64,000 nucleotides of DNA from contig BFEA01000028.1 of NCBI GenBank assembly GCA_003427395.1, forward strand, positions 2,241,001 through 2,305,000, in the 5' to 3' direction. The position numbers and the translations under genes were made by a program. Shown in pieces: positions 12,027 through 24,991 of the stretch. Each line of letters opens with the position of its first letter. Within the stretch, counting starts at the first letter, position 1. Source of the DNA: Chara braunii. Taxonomy: Eukaryota; Plantae; Charophyceae. The notes beneath the pieces were generated by a model. That model saw nothing but the letters and a program-made list of their open reading frames with translations. It did no database searches and was not told the origin of the DNA.

Positions 12027-12968
12027 TTAAGTCCGGGAAGCTTTTGTTGTAAGATGGGATGCTGGATCCGGTTTCCAGCAAAGCCAGTAATATCCGGGGG
12101 CTCAGTCCCACCTGTGCCTTTCCGTTGTAGGAAGCTACCACAAAGCGACTGGCGGGCGTCTGGGGACCATGGATTGTGTCAATCCATGGTCCTTGGGCGC
12201 ACGCCATTCTCTTCGTTGTAGCCTGTAGCCTCCTAGAACGAAAATGCCAAGGTGGGACCGAGCCCCGGGTTGAATTGTGAGGTCCCCACGGGCCTCTGAT
12301 TCTCTTTCAAATACAAAAGATTAAAATTTTTCAAAAAGAAGAAAAGAAGAAATCATTTTTCGTAGGGTGCACTCAATACTTGTCCTTTCCTGGCTGTATC
12401 TGCCAACAAGCACCGCCAAATTAGCTTGAAAGCATTCTAGTGTAATATTATGATGAAATGGACTAACCCGGGTTTCACCCCAATAGAACGCACCCCCGGT
12501 AATTATTGCCACACACCTGGACTGAAAGGTGCACCAAATACAGGTATAATGATCGGCTGTTCCTATCGGGTGAATAGGGCAATTGGGACCTAACGAGCCT
12601 CAGAAGGTAGCTGCACACAAAAACAACTCTGATTCACAGAGCCTCCCTCCTCTACACAACACTCTACATGCATTTGGACGCTTTTTGGACCAGGTGCATT
12701 CGGAAGAGTCCAACTTTTTGAGTGAATCGGGTCCAGAAAACAGTGCACTTGTGCAGGGTGGTTGCTATCGTAGAGGCTTACCGGCAAGATTGGCTCTTTC
12801 ATTCCTCTCATGCCAACGGAAACAGACGGCCAATGACATCCTCCTATTCTTGGTTCAAAGATGTGCTTCGACTCCCCGCACTCAGATCTCCGCCTAGACT
12901 TGGTTCCATAATAACTCTGACAAAACAGGAATTGCAAATTGCACAACACAGTTAAAACTCGCACAGAT

Positions 12969-13094
12969 GGGACCTCGCTCCACCACTCACCAAATGTAAA
13001 AAAAAACAAAAATATGGTGGCCGTATCTTTCCACGTTCGAGCCGGAGATTCATTCTCATGTTCCACATCTTTGGAGAGTTGTGGAGAGAGCCCC
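12969..13094. mobile_element. H-short MITE copy (opposite orientation)
   Basis: Reverse-complement homology to 3020-3142; both copies translate to the same ARTWKD-type peptide in the ORF track. Confidence 0.7.
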
Positions 13095-13207
13095 GTGGTC
13101 TCACATTAACAGGGTGGACAGCAAAAGATCTCCGCAATGAATACAACATTTTCCATCCAGTCCAACTCGACCTTAAGTCGCACAATCTCCATCAGTACAT
13201 CCAGCTG

Positions 13208-13280
<73 letters not shown>

Positions 13281-14171
13281 TGTTTTGGGTCTCCGTTAAC
13301 CGCCTCTCGTGTGTGTGGGGGGGGGAGGGGGAGGGCACGTGCATGCACACCTGCAAAAGTTTCTGAGAGAGAGCGAGCGAGAGGGCTACACGTGGGTATA
13401 TGATCAATTTGCATCACGGGCACAGGGGTATAAGAACAATTTGCACGGTCCACTTGGATCATGGGTACTTTGACAATTCCAAGTATTTCCGTGGTTGGGT
13501 ATAACGACAATTTCATGGTCCCAAACGATCCCCGGGCACACCAAAAATTTGCGCAGCAGGGTTCTGAGATATAGCAACAAGTTTGGCCTCCGTCCCAGGG
13601 GTATAACAGAAAATCCAAATTAAAAGTGGGTACAACTACAATGCCCCCCTTCATCTCGCCGGATACGGATCTGATCGAGATGATGACGTGGCAGAGGAGC
13701 TCTGCGCCGCATTTCGCTATGAACATAAGCAGTCAGTGCGCCATGCCACTCGGGGGCACCAACGGCCTATCTCCAGGTGCCAAGTCCCACTAGCAGCGTT
13801 GAGCTACCTCAACGCCTGAATCTGGACGTGTTTGTGGAGACGTGCAGTTCAGGAAACTCAACACCATTTCTGCACATCTCCGTAAAAGCGTCCAGATTCA
13901 GGCGTTGAGCATACTCAACGCTGCTAGTGGGACTTGGCCCCAGGTGCCGGGTGCCAAGCTTGCCCAGGAAGGTACATGAGGCCAATGGGGATTGAATCAT
14001 TGAACCCAATACCTGCGCCGTAGTTACCCCAAAATTAAAAATAAATTTTATTTTTAAATTTAAATTTTATTTTTTAATTTAAATTTTATTTTTTAATTTA
14101 AATTTAAATTTTATTTTTTAATTTAAATTTAAATTTTATTTTTATTTTGAATTTTCTTTTGAATTTTATTT

Positions 14172-14200
14172 TTTATGCGTGTCATCCTTGCGCAGGGGCC

Positions 14201-14232
<32 letters not shown>

Positions 14233-14250
14233 ACGGATGTCCCGAAGGAC
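14172..14250 (-). pseudogene. U6: 3'-truncated (tailless) U6 retrocopy with 15-bp TSD
   Basis: Near-perfect U6 nt 1-~79 ending at GACACGCATAAA. It is flanked by the direct repeat TTGAATTTTATTTTT (14159-14173 and 14251-14265) within an AT-rich tract. Confidence 0.92.
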
Positions 14251-15398
14251 TTGAATTTTATTTTTATTTTTTGTTTTTATTTAATTTTTAATTTAATTTT
14301 AATTTTTATTTTAATTTTTATTTTGGTAAAGAATTTCGATGTCACCCTGAATGCCACTTGCGAGCCTTACGAACTGAGCTAGGCCGCTGGATCATTTCTT
14401 TGCGTTCCTTTCGTTGCCTTCGTTTTTTATTTTTATTTTTTTCTTTTATTCGTTTTTATTTTTTTTCCGTTTCTCTTTTTTTTCCTCCTTTTTCCATGTC
14501 CACTTCTTCCCCCGAGATTGAAGGAATGGCATGGGTTTCGTAAATCGTCCGTCGGTTCCTTCACGCGGATCACCCCGCCGACCTCGTGCTTCCATAATCA
14601 AACAGAAAAGAGGCCAGCTGTCGTGACACGCGTGCAGAAGACGACCGGCGAACCTCCCAGGCCATCTCCTCAGCTTAAGGTCATGAAGGTTTTTTGGGGA
14701 AGTCATCAGTTAAATACCATTTCACGAGGATCGGTTGGTAGAGACGACGGCGGGAAATTCCAGAACAGGATCACTGTGCAGCAGCCAGAGAAAGGCATCA
14801 GGACCGAGGGAGAAGAGGAGGAGGAGGAGGAGGAGGAGGACGAGGAGGAGGAGGACGAGGAGGGAGATGCGGGGAGCAAGGACACCACACAGAGAGAAAA
14901 AAAAGACACAGAAAAAGGAGGAGGAAACAGAGAAGCTCACCTCGCCCCCCCACCTTTCTTCCCCTTACCTTCGGTAAGACAATATCTCGAGATATGGGAG
15001 CCGAGATGTGTTCCATGACGGCATGCATCGCGGCAGAACTGCGAAGCATCGACTTCGAAAGATAAAGAGTGTCGGCGCGAAGTCCAAGCGCCGCCATAGC
15101 TGCTGAATTCCGACCAATCTGCGCCGGATGAGTAACACCTCCCTCCTTCCCTCCCTCCCTCCTTCGACTCTTGACCCGCCGTAGTACAACAGGGCGCCAC
15201 GTGGCTCAGGTCTCACCCCGCTTTCGAGAAGAGACCTCGACAACACACGACTTCTGGTCTCCCTCGCGCACTCACTCATTCTTTGTCGGCCACGTGGCAC
15301 CCACCTCCCTCCCACTCACTCATTCTTCGTCGCCCACGTGTCCCTCACCTCCCATGCCGCCCTCTGACGCCACAAATGGCCAGTCTTCCATTCGAGCA

Positions 15399-15477
<79 letters not shown>

Positions 15478-16225
15478 NNNNNNNNNNNNNNNNNNNNNNN
15501 NNNNNNNNNNNNNNNNNNNNNNNNNNNNNNNNNNNNNNNNNNNNNNNNNNNNNNNNNNNNNNNNNNNNNNNNNNNNNNNNNNNNNNNNNNNNNNNNNNNN
15601 NNNNNNNNNNNNNNNNNAACTACCCCACTCGGTAAGACGGGCCTTCAGTTCGGTTCCCCGCCTTTCCAGCCCAAATCTTTCACCTAATTCCTCCCCCTAA
15701 CATCCTGCGACATCGTTACCTGTCTCTGTGACATCATTACCTCTCTCTAGCCTCCTCTCTCTCTCACTCATGGTGCGCGCAGAGCATGCAGTAGGGCGTA
15801 CTCACACTAAAAGGCCCTACCGGTAGCTGAACTACTCAGGCGTATCTTCAGCTACAACGTGGAAAATACGCTCACCATCTTTTTGTCTTTCTTGGATTTG
15901 GCGGGTGGTGGACCGAGGGGCCCTCCTATCGCTGCAACTGTGGCTTGCCACCAGGTGGTGAACGGGGTGGTGTATATAATCACGACTGCATGCATTTTCA
16001 ATCAAAAGTTGGGAAGATACGCTCCACTCTTTGTTTTTCTTTTGCCTTTCTCACACCTGTTGGTCAGCCGTTAAGCCAGCCCCCTCCTCTCGCGACTTCA
16101 CCGCCATACTCTCCTCTCGACCAACAGACGTTTTTTTGGCTGGCGCGCGCTCAGACTGAATAATCCGCATTTCGGCGCCACACTTTGCGCGCCCTCCTTC
16201 CCTTTTTCGTCCCGCGGCCGTGCTA

Positions 16226-16330
16226 CCGTCTTCCCCCGAACATAACGTACCCTCAAAATGAACGTATACAAGGTATGTTTCCGGCCCGATACAGTCAAAA
16301 TGAGGGTGCGTTGTGTTCGGGGGAAGAGGG
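16226..16330. mobile_element. TA-flanked palindromic MITE
   Basis: TA|CCGTCTTCCCCCGAACATAACG...CGTTGTGTTCGGGGGAAGAGGG|TA. Confidence 0.78.
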
Positions 16331-16604
16331 TAGACTGCTGACTTGCGCGCCCGACACATTAGCGCGTCCCGACGTAGCCACGTTCCCAGGCACGGTCCCG
16401 AGAGCGCCGCGTGGCATCGCCACGTACCGACCGCCCAATCTGTTGGTGCTGTGTTATTACACTGTTTTTTTACCGCCCAAATTTGATCCATTCATTCCCG
16501 CGCTCAGCGTCGACGTATTTTCTTGGCCGTTGCTCCTTTTTCCCCACCGCGGTAAGAGTTCAGACAGACAGACGGCTCCTCGGGCCGGTCAGTTCAATGA
16601 TGAT

Positions 16605-17134
16605 GGGCCTCGCTCCACCACTACTCTCGAAATGTGCAAAACGAAACTGAGGGCCTCGCTGCACTACTCTAGACTCTCGAAATATTTCGAGAGTTCGACT
16701 AGCATTGTCAGAGACGCCAGACTCTCGAAATACACGCCTTACTCTAGAACCTGTGACACTAGATGAATTCCCGAAACCCTGGGAGTAGTCCTACTCGACT
16801 GAAGGGCTGCACCACTGCGCTACGGGACAAAGTCTGGCCGCCGGGACAGGAGGTCCACTCTCGAAAAACGAGCCCGTCGGCGTACAGAGGATACTTGCAA
16901 ATTCAGTTTTTGCAGGCAGGGGACTCTACTTTTCGAGAGTTGCGTTATAGTGTGGCTTCTGACAGCTCTCGATCAGGTTTCGAGAGTTTCCCGATCGAGA
17001 GTAAGTGCAGCTCTCGAAAATTCGAGAGTCTAGAGTAGTGCAGCGAGGCCCTGAATCTTCTGGTAGACCATGGAAAGGATACATAGCCATGATTTTTGTC
17101 TTTTGTACATGTCGAGAGTAGTGGTGGGAGGCCC
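16605..17134. mobile_element. H-short MITE containing a nested 401-bp H-type MITE (16651-17051)
   Basis: The inner element has perfect TIRs GGGCCTCGCTGCACTACTCTAGACTCTCGAA and a TGA TSD (16648-16650 / 17052-17054). Removing it restores GAAACTGAATC, as in the 3020 copy. Confidence 0.9.
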
Positions 17135-17719
17135 CATATCTCACTCAAGCCTGCCGAAAAACTTCATCTGCAGACTCTGTACCCCATTCAAAGCTGGGAG
17201 TTCCCTTTAAACCCAGTGCCAGCGCCCAACCTGCATCCACAGGGCCCCTGTCCAGGAGCACACAAGACATTATGCTCATTCGCACAAACCAGGCAGGCAA
17301 AGTTGGGTATGGGCCTCGTTTGACACTCCTTGGGGATCCAATTCCATCCCCAAAGTTGTGGTTACACGTCATCCTAAAAACCAAATTCCTTGAAAAAATG
17401 TGAAAACGCTCCAAGGAAGAATCCTTGGGGAATCAGGGATTCCCAGCCATTTCTTCCTCGGCTCCAAGGGACCCTCATGAGGTCCCTTGGACCCAAGGAT
17501 CCGTGTTTCACTAACAGGAGCGGGCACATGTGACGCACCAGCTTCTGTATCTGAGCGAACTTCCGTAGCCCTGAGTTTTGTTATTCGTGCTTTTTCTATC
17601 TCTAAGGGACTTTCGGGGTACCCTTCTTTTTGGCTGGTGCTATGCATGGAATCAATGGACGACAAGGTCCTCCCACTTTTAAAGCTCATTGTTATTCTTT
17701 CTGAGGACTTTTACGATTT

Positions 17720-18847
17720 CTCTCCGGTGATCCATCAATTTACATAGGACTTACGCGCGCCTTAGTGAGCGCGCTAGGAATTTTGTTCGGCAGTTGGGGA
17801 TTCCGGAATTTGTGGCCGCACTTCCCGCTGACGTGTCCTTTCTTGCAAGTGAAATTCGCCCTTGAAGGCTCTGTGAATTTTCTGTCGGATCTGAATAAGC
17901 GTAGGATTTTTCCCGCATCCAATCTCCCTCGCGGATATCGTGTTTGAATTTCTCAACCTTTAATTACTTTTAGAGATAAAAATGGACGGAACATAACAGT
18001 TTTTGTGCCTTTTTGTTTCCGCACCGGCGCCATGTATGCAAACTTCCTCGGCTTCCCACTATCCCCATGTCATCTTCACCTCTCTCTTCTTTGCGCCTTA
18101 TTTCCTCCATCTGTAACTGTTTTCCACCCCCTTCCCCTTCACGCTTCTCTCCCGCTCTTTTTCGTCTGAGTCTTGGTCCCGCTCCACGCTCTCCTTCTTC
18201 CCGCCTTCATCCCCATACAGGAACTTCCTACCGATCTGATTGGCTGTGAAGAAACTCGCGGGGATCGATATGGCTTTCCCCAAACGATTCACTACTTAAA
18301 CTCTCTCTTCACACCCTCCTACCTCCGCCCCATTCCCTCCCATCTTCTATCTCCCTCTTCACAACTATAAAATCCGCAAGCGTATCCAAAAAACTTTCTC
18401 TCAACCCATCTGCCAGCTTTCGGGAAGTCGTGGCTAGATGATGTGTATGTCTGGTGAGTCAAGAAGTTCTGACGAGCTGACTATAGTGTTACAAGGTTGT
18501 GTGTCAGGTGGCCGCTACAAACTGCGGGATCTGGGTAAGTTGGTGTAGAAGCTGAGTTGGCGGGGTGACGATCGCTGTGGTGTGGAGGTTGGTATGTGGT
18601 GGCGGGGATCATCAGTACTGGGGTAAGGAAGGTGTATGTATACGAGTGGTTGCATGGCATGCGGCCATAGTCAGAGAGCAGAAGGTTTGCATGCCTTTGA
18701 TCTTCGGTTCCTCCTCCTATATTGGAAGCTAAGTCCACGACAGATTGACAATTTTGTTTCTCATATCTATTTGTGTGCTCATAACTCCTTCTTTTTCCTC
18801 AGTCCCCTTCTTCGTTCAAGCTACGGCTTCGTCGACCTCCTTCGACC

Positions 18848-18934
<87 letters not shown>

Positions 18935-19415
18935 GCTCTCTCGATATTTTCTTTATGAATGTTTGAATGTTATGATAACTCCCTCGTCCCTACCAGCTCC
19001 CGAGGTCCTGTTCCGCTCATCTCATTGAATTCAATCGGATCTCGCGAGGATGAGTATCGTTGAATTTGAAGAAACCAGCAAGATCAGGTGATTTTATCTC
19101 GTCCCTCTCTTTGCTCCTTAGTATCCGATGGTTAATGCATGAGTGATCTATTACATATATGTATCGATTGAGTCGTTACATTGATGACGGGAACAATTAG
19201 GAGTCTGAAATGATCATTTCGATGCATGCTTAACTACTCGCACGAATGAATGATGGTCGTTCTCCCGACTGAGTGGACTCACGCCTTGAATGGGTTTGCA
19301 CAGTGGATAGAAGATAATGCATAGTATGATGTTTGTTTATTCCTTTGATCGAATAACGAATTGATCAAACATACACAATCAGCCTTGCTTATGCCATGTG
19401 GACTCGTCCACGGGA
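17720..19415 (+). repeat. ~1.7-kb interspersed repeat (possibly non-autonomous Helitron); inverted homologue at 42563-44350
   Basis: Colinear reverse-complement similarity along the whole length. It ends in a GTGGACTCGTCCAC hairpin. Confidence 0.7.
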
Positions 19416-19444
19416 TGACAATTTAATTCGTTAAAAAGAAATAA

Positions 19445-19638
19445 GGGTAACTTAAGTAGAGTCACAAAAAAAGTTCTAATTGCACTACGGGCAAGATACA
19501 CTTTGCAATTGCGCTTCAGGCACCCTACCTGGCCAAAAAGTTGGGTTCTATACATTGCCCAAACTGCAATTGCAAAACTGTATGTTAGCCTATACTGCAA
19601 TTACAACTTATTTTTGTGACTCCCGCGTAGTTTCTCCG
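19445..19638. mobile_element. Small MULE-like fold-back MITE
   Basis: GAGTCACAAAAA...TTGCAATTGC / GCAATTGCAA...TTTTTGTGACTC inverted arms; flanks AAGAAATAA / AATAAATAA. Confidence 0.65.
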
Positions 19639-21884
19639 AATAAATAATAATGAGCACGGGGGAAAGTGAGCATCAATAAATTTAAAACCAGAGATGGTTG
19701 CACTTTGTGCCTAAAGAGAACCCAAAGGCAAACATGAAAAGAACTGCGGAAAAATCAATCTTCGCTTCGGGATTGGTTTTGAAGCTCCCATAGTAGTCTT
19801 TTGTGGACCCTCGGTCAACTACAATGAAGGGGGGCAAAGTATCTGGGTTTCAAATTCTTGTCTGCAGATGCGACCATGAAATCAAACGTTTGGAGGCTAT
19901 CAAGGTTGACTCTTAAATTCGCTTTATGATAGACAAACAAGGCTATGCATTTAAAAAATAACAATTGTGTAGAGTCTTCTTTCAAAAACAAGTATACCAA
20001 TCTGCAAATTGTGACACACACTCGACAAGTAAGTTCAAATCCCAACAACAACAACCAACCCAACAAACCACAACTGAAACGGATGCAATGTATGAACAGG
20101 TCTCACTCAAATGAGTTCCACCGTCCCCCTCCGGAAAAAAAAAAAAGGTATTTTCAACGCTTTCATAGCTCCGACAGAAATTCAACAACTGCAACAGGTA
20201 AATTCAAATCCCCACGACAAACAACCTACCAAACTACAACTGAAAGGGGTGCAAAGTGTGAACAATGTTTTTCATGTGAGAAAAAAAGAAAAGAAAAAAA
20301 TTCAGCAATGCATCGACTGCATCAACAACAGTGCACATGTAAGTCTCAAAGCCACTGAAACGGTTTCACCCAGTTGACCTGGTACTGCAGTCACAGAGAT
20401 TCGATCCCTAGACCTGTGCCCTAACCCTGTACATTGACCCCGTGACATGAGTAGGATTCGATCCCCAAACCTGTCCTTCGACTTAGGTTAGTCTGTAGTT
20501 TGGTCAGTAGGACTTTATCCCTAGGTCTGTAGATTAGCAGCTAGGTCTGTTACCAATAGGCCTAGAGAGCCTGTTCTAGAAGTCTCTACTGAGTCTGTCG
20601 AAAGTCTGTAGAGTCTGTAGGTTCTAAAAGTCCGTAGGGTTCTGTAGGGGGGTCCAACCAGCATGTACCTGGGTAAGGGCTGCACGTGGGGAAGGTTCTG
20701 GAGCATGCAGAGAGTTCCACACGTTTTGGCCCAGAAGGCCAAACGTTTCCCTGGGCCACACGTTTTGGCCCAGGCCCACAGGTCTGGAGGCAGGGTCCGG
20801 GTACCTCCAAAGAAGTATAAATAAACAGGCAGCGTCCAACCATTCATTCATTCGCCTATGAGCCATGCGGAAGGGCTGCCTTGGTGTCTTGTGCATGGAG
20901 GTCTGCAGGTGCCTGGAGACGAAGTGGGCAATGAAGAAGACAGCGGCCATAGCTGGCCAGTGGGGTAGATGTCGGCGGCCATAGCCAGCAGGAGGAAGAC
21001 GACGACGGCCATAGCCGCCCAGCTGTTGGTGAAGACAAGTGTTCAGAGTGTGTGAGGCTGTGTCGAGTGGGGACATTCAGGGTGATCCTCGTACATGCAC
21101 GCATGAGACAGTGAGGGAGAGAGTGAGGCTGGTGGTAGAGACCGTGTTCGGCGGCCATAGCCGCAAGTTGTGCAGCTGTTAAGATTGAGTTTAAGACAAG
21201 TTCATTGTTGTTTTTTTGAGTTGAAAGAGCTCAGTCTTGCCATCGGTTCTCAATTGTGCATGTTGTGAGCAAGCCCAGAGTTGAGTCTGATTGCACCACA
21301 CCTCCCCCCTCCCCCCACCCCACCCCACCCCACCCCATCCCACCGATCCCTTCCCAACTTCTCATTTTTCCTCTTTGTACATTTTGGAAAGTGCCAGCGT
21401 GAGAATGCTCTGAAATGAAAGGGTTTGGCAGAGAGTATATTGCCCCCCACCTCTCACGGGGAGACATAAAAAAAAATAAAAAATTGAGACTCGTCTTTCT
21501 TTTACCACCAGTACTTGGCCCAACTATGAAGTCCGAGCCTACCCTATTCAAAGATGAGAATTTTCTTTATATCTAGTCGCAGTGTCCAACTTGGGCCTGA
21601 GAAACAACCTGTGGAAATTATGTTTATGCCTAGGACCGAGGTGGGCCAAGGTTGGTACTGCCAAATTGTGATCACACCCAACCGCATGAATGCTCAAATT
21701 ATGGGCAAAAACAATTGTGCTTGAGGCTTTCAGCCAATAGGGTGCCACCACGATATATATTTGACCATTGTAACGTCTCTCTGCATGTGTGTATGTGTGT
21801 GATGTTCTAACCTCACACCGTATGTTGTCTTCCGAACGGACTGATAAAAATATGCGGAACAGACCCTCAAAGATCAACAAAATG

Positions 21885-22290
21885 GGGTGTGCCAAAGATT
21901 TTTGAGAAAATTGAGTGTGGGGACACAGACGAAACTGAAATTCCCCATATGGTTCCAAGTTAGTGAGAAATGGTCATAGCCGCGCGAGAAAGAAATAGCA
22001 CGCGTTGCTTTCAAACATTCGCTTAATCCAAAAAATAGTATCTACGAACTTCCACGGAGTTATTCGACGTCTTTTCGAACTGAACGGCGGGAGTACGCAC
22101 ATGGGATCTCATTTTCGGATTAAGTACAGATGCCATTTGTTACAGAGCTCGGTATCCGACGTGGATGACCTCAGCGTGGTCGCTCTTTCCTTGTGTTCGT
22201 CCTCACCGCGTGTCCGGTAGTGAAACCCCTTTTCCGGATAACGTTTGGTGAGACGACAATCACTACAAAGAGTGTTGGGCCAATGAGGTG
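21885..22290 (+). repeat. Interspersed repeat shared with 41900-42300
   Basis: TGTGCCAA(A/G)GATTTTT..GAAAATTG.GTGTGGGGAC... is colinear in both copies. Confidence 0.7.
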
Positions 22291-23299
22291 TCAGTACCTT
22301 TATTTTATTTTATTTATGGTAAGTCATAGGTATTCACCACATTGTTGCAGTGGTGTGGTTGCAGTTGTGATGAGGATGATGTGTCTGACTCTTTGTCCTT
22401 TTTGCACACATCATTCATACGACTCGTACCTAAGTTCTTACAGACAATTGTAGTGAATATGGTGAAGGCATAGTCTTACCCCATCAGAAATGGTGGAAGG
22501 TCGAGGTTCCAAGGGTTCGGTTGTTCGCNNATGAAAGTGGTAAACTCATTGTCGCGTCATACGAGTAATCTCTGACCTTTTTACTTCACTATATGCGGGA
22601 AAGTCCTAACCTCTTCGTTGAATGAATTTCAATATACAATGGATAATCAGCAGGCCCGGGAAACCAACATATGTCTGTGTAGGATCCTCAAAGATTATTG
22701 CCATAAGTATCCAAAAACGTTTTTGAAGCTCATGAAGTACCACATTGGATAGAAGAGGGTCGAAGGGCCGACCAATATGGTTGTCTTTCGATAAAATGAC
22801 CGACCAAATATCTAAGTAGCTGAAGGAAAACAGATCAACCGAGACTTCGTTAATCGTGGCGAGCGAACACGGATTAGGCTTTAAATATCATCCAAAAAAA
22901 ATTAAAAAATTTGGAAGTTTTGTCAGAGAAGGTGATGGTTGTGTACCACACCGAACATGTTCGAAGATTTTCTGAACGTCCGAACATGTTCGAGTGTTCG
23001 GTCGAACGCCTCCTGAACATGTTCGGTCGAACGCCTCCCGAACATGTTCGGCCGAACATATTAAATAACAATAAAAAAAAATTAAAATTTGGTTTTTTAT
23101 TTTTAACTCGAGTTTGGTTACAAATTCGAGCATACCCCCAAGGTAAAATTTGTTTGTTTTATTGTTTTACATAACATATATTGTTTTCAAATTTTTCTGA
23201 GAATTGTTTGTTTTTTTTTAAATATTTTTTATGTTCGTATTCGGGGGGGGTGGCGCTCGTTTGCGTTCAGTCGCGAACCCGAAAACACGAGGCTACATA

Positions 23300-24367
23300 G
23301 GGTGATAGCCCTGTATATTTTTCCCAATAGTTTTCATTTCAAGAAGAAAATAAGTATATGTACTGACTAAATTTCTCTTCTTTAGGTTCTCTCTATTTAG
23401 ATATTTTTGTGGTGGTATCCTTGATTCACCAATTGAGTTAAGAAATTAAACGGGGAATTCAAGTTCGTCGTTTTCGTCAAGTCATTCATCCACTCAGCAA
23501 CATATGATCTCTTTGTCCGAAAATTGATGAAAAAGTTTATTATTGACTTATTTTGTTTCCTCGTTTTTAAGGAAGATAATCATTATTTTGGCAATCCAGT
23601 CTTTCTGTTCTGGATTTTAGAAAAGGTTGAAGTACGTCTATGTGATGAGATTTTCCGCACTGCTTATATGCAAATGTCGACAGACAAATGGTTGTTTCAA
23701 CATCCTCATCTGCTTTTTCGTAATTTTCATCCTCGACTTTCAATAGCCATGACGTAAAGTGCATTGTTGTCTCGTCTCCGCCTCAAGGCCTTGATCGCGT
23801 GTTTTCTGCGACCTTCATAGTTTGTAAACAGTTTCATAGGGGCGAGCTTTTGCTGCAGACTTTCACTTGAGCTCTTGTGCTCCGCAGGATTACGGGAAAC
23901 ACTTGCATGAAATCCTTCGCCAACACCACGAGTTTGTTTGAGAATGGCAAGTAGGAGTTACAGAGAACTCTCAACGTGCGGTCCAAGGCCTCCAACATAT
24001 TTATGTGGCTCATCCATACTTCATCCCGCACAATCAAATCGGATATTTTCATGAGTTGAGCTAACTCCGACTGTTTTGGTATTTTGAACAGAGTGTTGCT
24101 CCCGAATTTCATAGGAGCGCGAAATTGGGAATGGAATGCCCTTCCCCCATCTAGCAGCGTTGTTGCGATTCCGTGAGATGCAACAGCTAAGGCCACTTTT
24201 TTCTCTAGGCAGACACTTGCGAGGATTGTATTAATAAAAAGCGTTTTCCCTGTCCCTGCAAGTGCATCCAGGAAGATCCCCAAGGGCTTCGAATCTTGAC
24301 TGCATCCACTACTCAATGCAGAAATATCTTTTGAGAAGGTATGAGGCATGTTGTTCGCGTTAACCAT
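23300..24367 (-). pseudogene. Decayed Helitron RepHel PIF1-like helicase
   Basis: FLDALAGTGKTLFINTILASV (Walker A), VASHGIATTLLDGGRAFHSQF, LIVRDEVWM, EALDRTLR, PFSNKLVVLAKDFMQVFPV. A frameshifted continuation reads HFTSWLLKVEDE. Confidence 0.85.
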
Positions 24368-24991
24368 GTATGTTTGAGATTTGACATATCATACGATAAT
24401 TCGTTACGCAATTCTCAAGATAATTTGTTCAATGTTTTTTGTCAATCCGATTGTTTTATGAACTTCGTATTCGCACAGCTATGATATCTAATGTTGTAGG
24501 TTTACAAGTTGAGTCCCCTTCTTTTCAACAATCACTGTATGTTCAAAATAACCATTGCCCTCAAACGCATGCCGCAAATAAGTGAAAGTCGGAGGGGCAT
24601 TTTGAAAAATTTGAGCTTACCAGCCCGAGGAATTGAGAGTTCTGGAAGAATTTAGATTCGAACTTAGGTCTGTATTTCAATAGTCCATGGGTGTGCCAAC
24701 TCAGGTAGACTTGTCAGCACTTACAGTCCACCCTGCTTAGCTGGTGGTAAGGACCGGGAGAAAAAGACAAGGAAAAAAAACATAGCCTCACTCCCCTACA
24801 CGACACTAGACATATTTGGACGCTTTTTGGCAAAAGGTGCATTTGGACTAGGCCAACATTTTGAATCTATCGGCATGCAGAGTGTTGTGTAGTTGAGCAA
24901 GGCCTGTGTCCCGTCGCCATGATTTCAAGGTCGCACAGTGGTGTTGTCGTCTCATCGGGGGCCCACCAGACCTCCCCCATGCCTGATGTTT

